Shown one piece after another: positions 50,416 to 62,251 of a stretch of 62,251 bases of DNA (its first letter is position 1; every line of letters starts with the position of its first letter). The DNA comes from Octopus bimaculoides. Its lineage: Eukaryota. Location: positions 6,893,821 to 6,956,071 of the forward strand of contig NC_069001.1 in the NCBI RefSeq assembly GCF_001194135.2, in the 5' to 3' direction. Both the position numbers and the translations under genes were made by a program. The notes under the pieces are model-generated. The model was not told where the DNA came from. It saw nothing but the letters and a program-made list of their open reading frames with translations, and did not search any database.

Positions 50416-50996
50416 AAAAGATTTTGAACATTAATGAAACAAGTAAAAGAGTAAAAGAATGAAGAATTATAACCAATTTATTGCAGATGATTATTAACGA
50501 ACAAAATCCTGCAAGAATTATATGGATTTCGGTTGAGATCCACAGGATTAATTCCATCGAGGTGGTGCCCCATAATAACTGCAGTCCGACAAGCGGAACA
50601 AATAAAACGGTAAAAGATATGTGCAGACGAAATCGTGACTAATCGCGAGGGCTTTTAAAGATTCTGTTAACAACAAAGAAATAAAGATGGTGCCATAAAA
50701 TATCGTCTTTTATTTGGCTCCATTCAACATAAAACAAAAAGAAAAAAAAATGCTATCAGCTAAAGATATTTGTTTTAAGAAACACCCAGATGCTTACAGA
50801 GATTCTATCAGGATGAAATGAAAACAATCAGACTTAAAGAAAGAGAGTAGAACATACTTAGATCGTTTTATCCAGTGCTTACGCACATAAACACTTGCTC
50901 ACTACGTACGCATGTGCACACAGAGACCAGATATATGCATACATAGCCACATAGCTCCATATGTATACGCATACAGACTCATAAGCATATATACGC

Positions 50997-51029
<33 letters not shown>

Positions 51030-51139
51030 CATATATACAGTCACACATATATGTGTGTATGTATACCTATATCAATATATATATACACATATATCGTGTA
51101 TGTGTATATGTATACACAAATATATTTATATATAGTGTG

Positions 51140-51207
<68 letters not shown>

Positions 51208-51744
51208 TAAACATACAGCCACATGCATGTACTAACACTCACCTACACATACATACATGTGTACATACATAAGTACGTATGTTCGTACGTACATACGTAC
51301 GTAAGTACGTGCGTATGTACGCATGTATGTACGGGTGTATGTACGTATGTATGTACGTGCGTACACATGCTCTTATACGTACACAAAAAGAGAAAAATAT
51401 AAGCGACATATAATAAAAATAGTTTACGATTAATTAAATATTTATAAAGATTTATTCTAACAAACAACTGTAGCAATGAAAACAACATACTCCGAAAGAA
51501 AATTGTAACAATAATAATAATAACAATGATGATGGTAGCAGTGACAATTAGAATGCACCACCCCAAATTTGATGCAGGAAGATCATGATTATCATCAATA
51601 CAGTAAGGTTGCGGCTTTGACTTAGTAAAACGCTGTTCAGAAATATGGAATACCAAGCGAAACACTACAACTGTTTCTAGAATAGAACAACCGAGAAAGT
51701 GATAGGACTCTGGTGCATTTTCACCTAAACTGTGTTACGTAGGG

Positions 51745-51784
<40 letters not shown>

Positions 51785-51789
51785 TAATA

Positions 51790-52055
51790 GCCCGGATGCA
51801 GTACCAGGCAGTGGCTCTCATGGCTTCTGATCTTAATTGATTGGAAGTGTTATCATGTACATTGCTTTGTCTCGGTATAAAAAGATTGACTACAGCAAAC
51901 ATTCTGCTTAATACCATAGATTTGCTTGTCAGTTGTTTGACCTTAACCTGCTGAGCATGTCCCTTGGTGGCTGATGATATGTGCATCTCTGATCACGAGC
52001 AGAAGTAGTGTTGAGAGGAATTCTTTGGGGTTTGAATAATTCCCCTTTGGAAACC
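51790..52055 (-). mobile_element. Probable SINE/LINE 3' portion ending in an (ATT)n tail
   Basis: Complex sequence ending ...CTGGTACTGCATCCGGGCTATTATT on the minus strand. Single copy here; I recall it as an octopus dispersed repeat but cannot verify that. Confidence 0.5.
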
Positions 52056-52057
52056 TT

Positions 52058-52416
52058 TGATTTGCGAATAGTCGACAAGGAAGGCGGAAAGATAGATAAA
52101 TACAACCCTCTTAAGTACGAAAATAAAGAAGGTGAAGACAGTGCCAATTATTGTTGGGTCCTTGAGAACAGTATCAGAAGGCATCAAGAGGATTATAAAG
52201 GAAATCAGAATAGAATGCCCTGTAGAACTGTTACAAAAGGTTTGCCTCCTTGGCACGGCCAGAATGATTACGAAAGTAATAGACAGCTGAAAAGAACGGA
52301 TAGCATGGAACCGTAGGCTGCAGGTAGCAAGCCCGCTACTTCTGTAAGACTCCATGAGCTCCAACAAAACTTTGATGGCACGCGCAGCTCTCTCACTCAA
52401 TAATAATAATAATAAT
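52058..52416 (+). mobile_element. R4/Dong-like LINE 3' end (RLE C-terminus, 3' UTR, TAA tail)
   Basis: DLRIVDKEGGKIDKYNPLKYE/IKKVKTVPIIVGSLRTVSEG...LLQKVCLLGTARMITKVIDS* (stop ends 52290), UTR, then (TAA)n at 52401-52416. Confidence 0.9.
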
Positions 52417-52417
52417 C

Positions 52418-52630
52418 TTTTGTACTGTAGGCACATGGTCTGAAATTTGGTGGGAAGGAACTAGTCGATTACATCGACTCCAGTGTTTCACTCGTACTTG
52501 ATTTATCGACCCCAAAAAGATGAAAGGCAAAGTTGACCTCGGTGGAATTTGAACTCAGAACGTGAAGACGGACGCAATACCGCTAAGCGTTTTGCCCGGT
52601 GTACTAACGATTCTGCCAGATCGCCACCTT
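52418..52630 (-). mobile_element. SINE type A flanked by TAA
   Basis: GAAAGGCAAAGTTGACCTCGGTGGAATTTGAACTCAGAACG...CTAACGATTCTGCCAGATCGCCACCTT. Confidence 0.9.
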
Positions 52631-52942
52631 AATAATATTAATATCGATAATAAAAGTAATAATAATCCTAACAATTATTTTATCTTTTACTTGTTTCAGT
52701 CATTAGACTGCGGCCATGCAAAATAAATAAATAAATAAACCATAGTAATTCTCGATCCCATTGTGACTGGGTGTTGATGGTGAGATCGGCTGAGTATAGC
52801 TTTGTTAACGGGAAACGAAAGAACAAGAGGCGAGTAAAAATGGCGTGTTATAGCTGCTGCAGATTGGTTAAATATGGCTGGCGAATCAGCACAGTCTAAC
52901 AAACGCCGTTAATGCAACTCTTTCACCTTTTCTTTCTTTCTC

Positions 52943-52975
<33 letters not shown>

Positions 52976-53185
52976 TTTGCTCCCTCTCTATCCCGCGCCC
53001 CCGTTGTCTCTTTTTTCTTCATCGCTATTAATTTATATTCACTCATTGATAAAGTTGCCAAATTAATTAACTTTTCTGTGTGCTCTTGTGTGTCATTGTC
53101 TATGAGAGTGTGTATGCGTATATGTGTACTTATATACATACATACATATGTATATATACACACACACATACACATAAATACATAC

Positions 53186-53238
<53 letters not shown>

Positions 53239-53303
53239 ATCATAAAAATCAGAAGGAAGAGTGTATGCACATATACATACATAAACGCGTTCATGCATGT
53301 ATG

Positions 53304-53339
<36 letters not shown>

Positions 53340-53631
53340 NNNNNNNNNNNNNNNNNNNNNNNNNNNNNNNNNNNNNNNNNNNNNNNNNNNNNNNNNNNNN
53401 NNNNNNNNNNNNNNNNNNNNNNNNNNNNNNNNNNNNNNNNNNNNNNNNNNNNNNNNNNNNAGGATTCCAAGTGCTAACCTATCATGGAAAATTGGGGGTG
53501 AAGGTATGTAATTTTCTAACCCACCGAAAAGCTGTCAGTGGAATACTCTCCTTTGAGGCGGTCAGCGCTACGTCTAACACGACCCGTCGTATGGTTGACA
53601 GTCAAATGAATGGAGGTGTAATGGAGATATT

Positions 53632-53973
53632 CTAGGTAAGTGAGTACATTCTAGAAATTGGTTGCAATGGGAGACGGTAAAGAGCTGGTAGTGCTTGCAA
53701 TCTTACCTTACCGCCCGAGTAGCACATGCCATTTGTTTCATTTGGAAATTTGAAAGCTTTGCAGAAACGACAATTTGAGTGTAGCACACCATTTTGTACA
53801 GAATTATCATTTTTATAGGAATAGGATGGATCATATCTGAAAGCAGCTCCTGGTGTTGCGAAGAGCGAATTTGCATGTGATCTATTTCTGAGAGCTATTG
53901 TATTGGACCTCTGTCTAATCTGGCGTGTTAAACGTTGTTCTAATGATTCAGCATTAAGTATTGCAGTATGCCT
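53632..53973 (-). mobile_element. Helitron Rep/helicase N-terminal (Zn-finger) fragment
   Basis: 114-codon open frame with no early ATG: ESLEQRLTRQIRQR...AFRYDPSYSY...CRFCKAFKFPNETNGMCYSGGKVRLQAL, matching the Helitron CxxCxAxKFxxE-GMCCxxGKVxL motif. The 5' part runs into a gap. Confidence 0.8.
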
Positions 53974-55383
53974 NNNNNNNNNNNNNNNNNNNNNNNNNNN
54001 NNNNNNNNNNNNNNNNNNNNNNNNNNNNNNNNNNNNNNNNNNNNNNNNNNNNNNNNNNNNNNNNNNNNNNNNNNNNNNNNNNNNNNNNNNNNNNNNNNNN
54101 NNNNNNNNNNNNNNNNNNNNNNNNNNNNNNNNNNNNNNNNNNNNNNNNNNNNNNNNNNNNNNNNNNNNNNNNNNNNNNNNNNNNNNNNNNNNNNNNNNNN
54201 NNNNNNNNNNNNNNNNNNNNNNNNNNNNNNNNNNNNNNNNNNNNNNNNNNNNNNNNNNNNNNNNNNNNNNNNNNNNNNNNNNNNNNNNNNNNNNNNNNNN
54301 NNNNNNNNNNNNNNNNNNNNNNNNNNNNNNNNNNNNNNNNNNNNNNNNNNNNNNNNNNNNNNNNNNNNNNNNNNNNNNNNNNNNNNNNNNNNNNNNNNNN
54401 NNNNNNNNNNNNNNNNNNNNNNNNNNNNNNNNNNNNNNNNNNNNNNNNNNNNNNNNNNNNNNNNNNNNNNNNNNNNNNNNNNNNNNNNNNNNNNNNNNNN
54501 NNNNNNNNNNNNNNNNNNNNNNNNNNNNNNNNNNNNNNNNNNNNNNNNNNNNNNNNNNNNNNNNNNNNNNNNNNNNNNNNNNNNNNNNNNNNNNNNNNNN
54601 NNNNNNNNNNNNNNNNNNNNNNNNNNNNNNNNNNNNNNNNNNNNNNNNNNNNNNNNNNNNNNNNNNNNNNNNNNNNNNNNNNNNNNNNNNNNNNNNNNNN
54701 NNNNNNNNNNNNNNNNNNNNNNNNNNNNNNNNNNNNNNNNNNNNNNNNNNNNNNNNNNNNNNNNNNNNNNNNATAAATTAACATGTGTGAAAAATTTATT
54801 TTTTTCTAAAAACGTTCAATGACGGTTAACCGGAGTGTGGGGTTCGAGTAGATGTCATTCCACTTTTTGATTTATCATTACCATTCTTTTCGTTCGATTT
54901 TATTTTTCGTCCACTTGCGTGTTTTTTTCTGTCCTTGTGTTGTTCCCTCTGTGTTTCGACCCTGTGTGGTTAATAAAAAAGTTAAGTCGTCAGGTATGTA
55001 TGTGTATGTGTAGATGTGTATGCGTGTGTATGTGTGTGTGTGTGTTTAATAACGTACCGTATATAGTATGTCTGCTAGGTTACGGTACGTAAACTCACCA
55101 ACACCGGTTGTGTATATGTGTTCAGACAATTCTAGTTAAGGATTAAGTTAAAGTTACTGGTGTTCGTGGAACACTCAGCCACTTCAGAAGGTAATTCCAT
55201 AAATAGGACTCTATCTTCTCTCCATCTAAGCGAACAACTGGAATATTTGTAAGTTGAAAATGGCGAGAGCGCCTAGTACATGCGCGTACACACGCCTACA
55301 CTCATACACACGCGCGCGCGCACCTGTATGGACATTTGTAAGTAGGGACGTATGGCTGCATATGTTTATGTCTGTATACACAT

Positions 55384-55705
55384 GTGAAGACGCATGGCTC
55401 AGTGGTCAGAGCGTGGGACTCACAATCACGAGGTAGTTGATTCGATTCGACGCGTTGTGTCCTTGAGCAAGACACTTTATTTCACGTTGCTCCAGGCCAC
55501 TCGGCTGGAAAAGATGTGTAGTGCCTGTATTTCAAAAGGGCCAGCTTTGTCACACTCTGTGTCACGCTGAATCTCCCGGAGAACTACGTTAAGGGTTACA
55601 CGTGTCTGTGGAGTGCTCAGCCACTTGCACGTTAATTTCACGAGCAAGCTGTTCCGTTGATCGTATCAGCTGGGACCCTCGTCGTCGTAACCGACGGAGT
55701 GCCAC
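55384..55705 (+). mobile_element. Chimeric SINE: type B head and core with type D tail
   Basis: GTGAAGACGCATGGCTCAGTGG; GTGTCCTTGAGCAAGACACTTTATTTCACG; CCTGTATTTCAAAAGGGCCAG...GTCACGCTGAATCTCCCGGAGAACTACGTTAAG...CGACGGAGTGCCAC. Confidence 0.9.
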
Positions 55706-56487
55706 NNNNNNNNNNNNNNNNNNNNNNNNNNNNNNNNNNNNNNNNNNNNNNNNNNNNNNNNNNNNNNNNNNNNNNNNNNNNNNNNNNNNNNNNNNNNNNN
55801 NNNNNNNNNNNNNNNNNNNNNNNNNNNNNNNNNNNNNNNNNNNNNNNNNNNNNNNNNNNNNNNNNNNNNNNNNNNNNNNNNNNNNNNNNNNNNNNNNNNN
55901 NNNNNNNNNNNNNNNNNNNNNNNNNNNNNNNNNNNNNNNNNNNNNNNNNNNNNNNNNNNNNNNNNNNNNNNNNNNNNNNNNNNNNNNNNNNNNNNNNNNN
56001 NNNNNNNNNNNNNNNNNNNNNNNNNNNNNNNNNNNNNNNNNNNNNNNNNNNNNNNNNNNNNNNNNNNNNNNNNNNNNNNNNNNNNNNNNNNNNNNNNNNN
56101 NNNNNNNNNNNNNNNNNNNNNNNNNNNNNNNNNNNNNNNNNNNNNNNNNNNNNNNNNNNNNNNNNNNNNNNNNNNNNNNNNNNNNNNNNNNNNNNNNNNN
56201 NNNNNNNNNNNNNNNNNNNNNNNNNNNNNNNNNNNNNNNNNNNNNNNNNNNNNNNNNNNNNNNNNNNNNNNNNNNNNNNNNNNNNNNNNNNNNNNNNNNN
56301 NNNNNNNNNNNNNNNNNNNNNNNNNNNNNNNNNNNNNNNNNNNNNNNNNNNNNNNNNNNNNNNNNNNNNNNNNNNNNNNNNNNNNNNNNNNNNNNNNNNN
56401 NNNNNNNNNNNNNNNNNNNNNNNNNNNNNNNNNNNNNNNNNNNNNNNNNNNNNNNNNNNNNNNNNNNNNNNNNNNNNNNNNNNNNNN

Positions 56488-56521
<34 letters not shown>

Positions 56522-57000
56522 ATATGTATGTATATATCCAATCTTTTTATGTGTGGTCCTTTCTAAGGGAGGTGTGTGTATGTGTGTGTGTATATATATA
56601 TATGTATATGTATGCATATATATATATGCATGTATGTATACATTTATATACATGCATATTGTGATATGTTTATAAGTATATTTGTCTTTATCTGATACAA
56701 GTGTGGGTGTTTGTGTGTATATATAGATATATATATACATACATACATGTACATACATACACACACACATATATATATATATATATTTACATACATGCAG
56801 ACACCCCCTCACACATAAATAGTTTAGACAAATATATACATACAAGAATGTTTCGTAGAATAGTCTAGTTATATTAAATACACCTCTTTTAAAAAGGAAC
56901 TACACATATACATTTGTCATAGTTTGAAAGAACAAACGAAATACACATAAAGATTATTAAAACTGAGAGACACACATGCACATGCGTATACAGAGTGAGT

Positions 57001-57033
<33 letters not shown>

Positions 57034-57859
57034 AGACATTTCGTTCGTTATTATCCTGTTTAAAAAAATGCGCAATTTATAGTGCAGTACACTGTAATGC
57101 GTTAGCCCCTGAAGTACTGGTACTTTATTTGTTCCTGATAGGTGAAAAACTTACGGCTACGTCGGCAGGATTCGAACTCACTATGATAGAGGAGAAAAGT
57201 AGATACTGAATTACGTTTTTCATTGATCCTGTTTATTCAGCTCCGTCCGTAAAAGAAAATCGTTGTGGAAAAACAAACCGTAATGCTAAGTAGCAACGAG
57301 NNNNNNNNNNNNNNNNNNNNNNNNNNNNNNNNNNNNNNNNNNNNNNNNNNNNNNNNNNNNNNNNNNNNNNNNNNNNNNNNNNNNNNNNNNNNNNNNNNNN
57401 NNNNNNNNNNNNNNNNNNNNNNNNNNNNNNNNNNNNNNNNNNNNNNNNNNNNNNNNNNNNNNNNNNNNNNNNNNNNNNNNNNNNNNNNNNNNNNNNNNNN
57501 NNNNNNNNNNNNNNNNNNNNNNNNNNNNNNNNNNNNNNNNNNNNNNNNNNNNNNNNNNNNNNNNNNNNNNNNNNNNNNNNNNNNNNNNNNNNNNNNNNNN
57601 NNNNNNNNNNNNNNNNNNNNNNNNNNNNNNNNNNNNNNNNNNNNNNNNNNNNNNNNNNNNNNNNNNNNNNNNNNNNNNNNNNNNNNNNNNNNNNNNNNNN
57701 NNNNNNNNNNNNNNNNNNNNNNNNNNNNNNNNNNNNNNNNNNNNNNNNNNNNNNNNNNNNNNNNNNNNNNNNNNNNNNNNNNNNNNNNNNNNNNNNNNNN
57801 NNNNNNNNNNNNNNNNNNNNNNNNNNNNNNNNNNNNNNNNNNNNNNNNNNNNNNNNNNN

Positions 57860-58068
57860 GTAGTAGTGTCTCGAAAGCAATGACAGCCTTTGAGACAGAG
57901 GGAAAAACCTCCACGTCGACACAAATCTCCGGAAAAAAACCCCAAAACTTTCAGATAGGGACCGTCGGACTCTTATGCGAATTGTTAGAAAGGATCACAA
58001 AAGTACAGCTCCCGAAATTACTGCAGAGCTTAATGACCACCTCGAGAACCCAGTTTCCACAAAAGCTT
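57860..58068 (+). mobile_element. Tc1 transposase fragment (second HTH), different family from the other two
   Basis: SVSKAMTAFETEGKTS...(frameshift)LSDRDRRTLMRIVRKDHKSTAPEITAELNDHLENPVSTK. Confidence 0.85.
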
Positions 58069-58069
58069 C

Positions 58070-58325
58070 AACACGCCGCGGAAGGCGATAGTAGCAGATC
58101 CTTCTCTCGGGTGGGCGTCAGAGGAGAGGTGGTCAGCTGCAGATGTAGCACACGACAATCAAAGTAGATATAGAGTCTTTAGCTGGAATCGGGAATGGCA
58201 TCAACACGCCGCAGAACCGGCCGCTAACAGACGTGCTTGGAACGCTTTGACCCGTGACGCGGTGAACTCAATGGGAGCCGGCTTAACCCCTCCTGGGTGA
58301 ATGCCATTACAGGACAAGACAAGAG
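58070..58325 (+). mobile_element. Possible RTE-type LINE 3' end
   Basis: ANRRAWNALTRDAVNSMGAG followed by GGGTGAATGCC and a CAAGACAAG tail-like repeat. Confidence 0.45.
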
Positions 58326-59580
58326 AGTAAAAACAAATGTAATGCCACAAAGCCGTATGCTCGGGAAGCTAACGATTCTGCCAGCTCACAAACTTCTTCA
58401 TAATGGTAATATTATGATGTTGTTCCCGATAGTTCTCCTCTTCTAAGCATGAATGTTACTTGTTGTTGTATATTTGTTTTTAGTGTCATACAACAGAGCT
58501 CTGCGATTGGCTGAATCTAAAGTAAATTTGGTCCACTTCCGGTTCACATACACTCCTCGATGACACATTTCTTTCGCGTCGTTCTTGTTGCTATTGTATC
58601 TTCGGTCTTCTTTGAGTCTCTCATTATTCCTGAGGAGNNNNNNNNNNNNNNNNNNNNNNNNNNNNNNNNNNNNNNNNNNNNNNNNNNNNNNNNNNNNNNN
58701 NNNNNNNNNNNNNNNNNNNNNNNNNNNNNNNNNNNNNNNNNNNNNNNNNNNNNNNNNNNNNNNNNNNNNNNNNNNNNNNNNNNNNNNNNNNNNNNNNNNN
58801 NNNNNNNNNNNNNNNNNNNNNNNNNNNNNNNNNNNNNNNNNNNNNNNNNNNNNNNNNNNNNNNNNNNNNNNNNNNNNNNNNNNNNNNNNNNNNNNNNNNN
58901 NNNNNNNNNNNNNNNNNNNNNNNNNNNNNNNNNNNNNNNNNNNNNNNNNNNNNNNNNNNNNNNNNNNNNNNNNNNNNNNNNNNNNNNNNNNNNNNNNNNN
59001 NNNNNNNNNNNNNNNNNNNNNNNNNNNNNNNNNNNNNNNNNNNNNNNNNNNNNNNNNNNNNNNNNNNNNNNNNNNNNNNNNNNNNNNNNNNNNNNNNNNN
59101 NNNNNNNNNNNNNNNNNNNNNNNNNNNNNNNNNNNNNNNNNNNNNNNNNNNNNNNNNNNNNNNNNNNNNNNNNNNNNNNNNNNNNNNNNNNNNNNNNNNN
59201 NNNNNNNNNNNNNNNNNNNNNNNNNNNNNNNNNNNNNNNNNNNNNNNNNNNNNNNNNNNNNNNNNNNNNNNNNNNNNNNNNNNNNNNNNNNNNNNNNNNN
59301 NNNNNNNNNNNNNNNNNNNNNNNNNNNNNNNNNNNNNNNNNNNNNNNNNNNNNNNNNNNNNNNNNNNNNNNNNNNNNNNNNNNNNNNNNNNNNNNNNNNN
59401 NNNNNNNNNNNNNNNNNNNNNNNNNNNNNNNNNNNNNNNNNNNNNNNNNNNNNNNNNNNNNNNNNNNNNNNNNNNNNNNNNNNNNNNNNNNNNNNNNNNN
59501 NNNNNNNNNNNNNNNNNNNNNNNNNNNNNNNNNNNNNNNNNNNNNNNNNNNNNNNNNNNNNNNNNNNNNNNNNNNNNNNN

Positions 59581-59732
59581 GATGATGATAGTGACGATGA
59601 TGATGACGATGATGATGAAGATGATGATGATGATGATGACGATGATGATGACGATGATGATGATGATGATGACGATTACGATGATCACGAAAGTTATGAT
59701 GACGACGACGACGATGACGATGATGATGATGT

Positions 59733-59768
<36 letters not shown>

Positions 59769-60055
59769 CGATTACGATGATCACGAAAGTTATGATGACG
59801 ACGACGACGATGACGATGATGACGATGTTGATGATGTTGATGATGATGATGATCGCGACCATGATGATGGTGGTGATGATGGTGCTGCTGTTGAGGCTGC
59901 TGCTGCTGCTGCTGATGATGATGATGATGAGGAGGAGGAGGAGGAGGAGGGGGAAGGGGAGGGGGAAGAGGAGGTGGAAGAGGAGGATTGTGCTACTCCT
60001 GTTGATGATGATGATAATGATGATGGTGGCGGTGATGATGATGATGATGAGGAGG

Positions 60056-60088
<33 letters not shown>

Positions 60089-60090
60089 CT
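59581..60090. repeat. (GAT/GAC/GAG)n field with a 96-bp internal duplication
   Basis: GATTACGATGATCACGAAAGTTATGATGACGACG at 59674 and 59770. Confidence 0.9.
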
Positions 60091-60206
60091 GGCGTTGATG
60101 ATATTGTTAGTGTCGATGGAAAAGTCTGTACTGATATGGTTATAAAGATCTCGCTGCTGCTACGGCTGCTACTGCTGCTACAGCTTCTGCTGTTACTGTG
60201 GGAGCT

Positions 60207-60248
<42 letters not shown>

Positions 60249-61380
60249 ACTGTTGCTTCTAATTATTTCAGTTTCTTTCAGCGGCGCCATTTTGTGTATT
60301 GTTCTTGATGTTGTTGTTGTTGTTGGTGGTGAGCTTCTTCTTGGATTTGGTTATTGTCATTGATATTGAGCTGATTGGACAAAAAAAAAAAACTTGTTAC
60401 TTATACNNNNNNNNNNNNNNNNNNNNNNNNNNNNNNNNNNNNNNNNNNNNNNNNNNNNNNNNNNNNNNNNNNNNNNNNNNNNNNNNNNNNNNNNNNNNNN
60501 NNNNNNNNNNNNNNNNNNNNNNNNNNNNNNNNNNNNNNNNNNNNNNNNNNNNNNNNNNNNNNNNNNNNNNNNNNNNNNNNNNNNNNNNNNNNNNNNNNNN
60601 NNNNNNNNNNNNNNNNNNNNNNNNNNNNNNNNNNNNNNNNNNNNNNNNNNNNNNNNNNNNNNNNNNNNNNNNNNNNNNNNNNNNNNNNNNNNNNNNNNNN
60701 NNNNNNNNNNNNNNNNNNNNNNNNNNNNNNNNNNNNNNNNNNNNNNNNNNNNNNNNNNNNNNNNNNNNNNNNNNNNNNNNNNNNNNNNNNNNNNNNNNNN
60801 NNNNNNNNNNNNNNNNNNNNNNNNNNNNNNNNNNNNNNNNNNNNNNNNNNNNNNNNNNNNNNNNNNNNNNNNNNNNNNNNNNNNNNNNNNNNNNNNNNNN
60901 NNNNNNNNNNNNNNNNNNNNNNNNNNNNNNNNNNNNNNNNNNNNNNNNNNNNNNNNNNNNNNNNNNNNNNNNNNNNNNNNNNNNNNNNNNNNNGAAGAAG
61001 AAGAAGAAGAAGAAGACGAAAAGAGGGAGCGAGGAGGCAGGTGTATGAGGGAGGTAAGGTAAGGTAAAAAAAAAATTAGCCGAGAGGAAACAAATGCATA
61101 AATAAATAATGATATTAAACGACAATGCCAGTGATTATCCGCGATGTGTGAAAGCGGATTTGTTAGGAGAATATCAAAGGAGCTTGTTATGTCACCGTTG
61201 AAGGAGACTGAAGGAGACACGCGGGGACAATTGCACAGGTTTAACACTTACACACACACAACTTTTATTTTTATCATTGCTTTATGTATCACCACACAAA
61301 CACAAACACAAACACACCACACGTACACGTACACACAGAGACACAGACACAAATATATAAACAAATGTACACATATACTG

Positions 61381-61423
<43 letters not shown>

Positions 61424-61563
61424 GCACACACTTATATAGAAATATGCATACAGATTATATATAATACACATATGCCTATATGCTTATACACATATACATA
61501 TGTGCGTGTGTGTATATATGTATGTACATCTATATCGATATCTATATATCTATCTCTCTTTAA

Positions 61564-61609
<46 letters not shown>

Positions 61610-61687
61610 ATACATATATATACATATACACATATCAGCATATGTATACACACATGCAGATATACGTGTCTATATATGTATATATAA

Positions 61688-61720
<33 letters not shown>

Positions 61721-61730
61721 NNNNNNNNNN

Positions 61731-61773
<43 letters not shown>

Positions 61774-62114
61774 GCACAATCACCATATATGTACCTGTAA
61801 GCATACGTGTCAGAGGGAAGAAGACAAGTTACTGTACACATATCTATATATATGTAAACATGTGTGTGTGTGTGTGTAAAGTTGTGTGCATCTGTGACTG
61901 CGATCCTTAAACAAACAGTTTTTGGCCAGTACTGGCCCAGATGTCTCGTTCGCCTTATATTTTAGAACCCCATAACCCACGCGTATAAGAAGCTTCAATT
62001 GACCAAGACACATCCATATGTTTTATGATTCTTGGAGCAACATTTCCAGGCACCGTTGCAGAACGGAGTTGAGAATAGAAGGTTTAGTTGAAGTAAAAAA
62101 AAAAAAAAAAACAA

Positions 62115-62232
62115 CATTCGGGTTCAGTCCCACTGCGTGTCACCTTCGGCAGGTGTCTTCTACTATAGCCTCGAGCCGACCAGAACCTTGTGATTAGATT
62201 TGGTAGATGGAAACTGAGAGAAGCCCGTCGTA
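62115..62232 (+). mobile_element. SINE type C head and core
   Basis: GGGTTCAGTCCCACTGCGTG...CTACTATAGCCTCG...GGAAACTGAGAGAAGCCCGTCG followed by (TA)n. Confidence 0.9.
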
Positions 62233-62251
62233 TATATATATATATATATAT

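Noticed and set aside
58585-60363. 592-aa Asp-rich ORF resembling an acidic biomineralisation protein
   Set aside because: More than half is gap and the rest is (GAT)n. Equivalent tracts occur at 11460 and 13415 with no gene context.

Overview
This is repeat-saturated, gappy (about 10 kb of N) AT-rich eukaryotic genomic DNA. It is very probably from an octopus (inference): tRNA-headed SINEs of the kind described from octopus and a very dense load of (TA/CA/GA/TAA/GAT)n microsatellites. No complete, recognisable host gene is present, and almost all ORFs in the supplied track are microsatellite or gap artefacts. The supportable content is a fossil record of mobile DNA. There are four SINE types (my labels A-D) in over 20 copies with shuffled head/core/tail modules. 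Non-LTR retrotransposon fragments come from several clades: many R4/Dong-like RLE elements, one Tx1/L1, one CRE-like, RTE-like, and possibly CR1. There are also three Tc1 transposase fragments, a Tigger-like MITE, a hAT/Charlie-like MITE and a Helitron Rep N-terminal fragment that the ORF track missed. The most unusual structures are a 191-nt foldback next to a tRNA-Met-like 3' half (31.6 kb), a pre-miRNA-shaped hairpin (6.55 kb) and a head-to-tail stack of four different R4/Dong-type 3' ends (21.3-22.4 kb). Also notable are repeated SINE/LINE tail-to-tail junctions on TAA tracts, an exact 132-bp periodic repeat with dissimilar spacers, and a few splice-bounded or motif-rich unique islands that may belong to a long-intron host gene. 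Family assignments rest on motif recognition by eye, not database searches.
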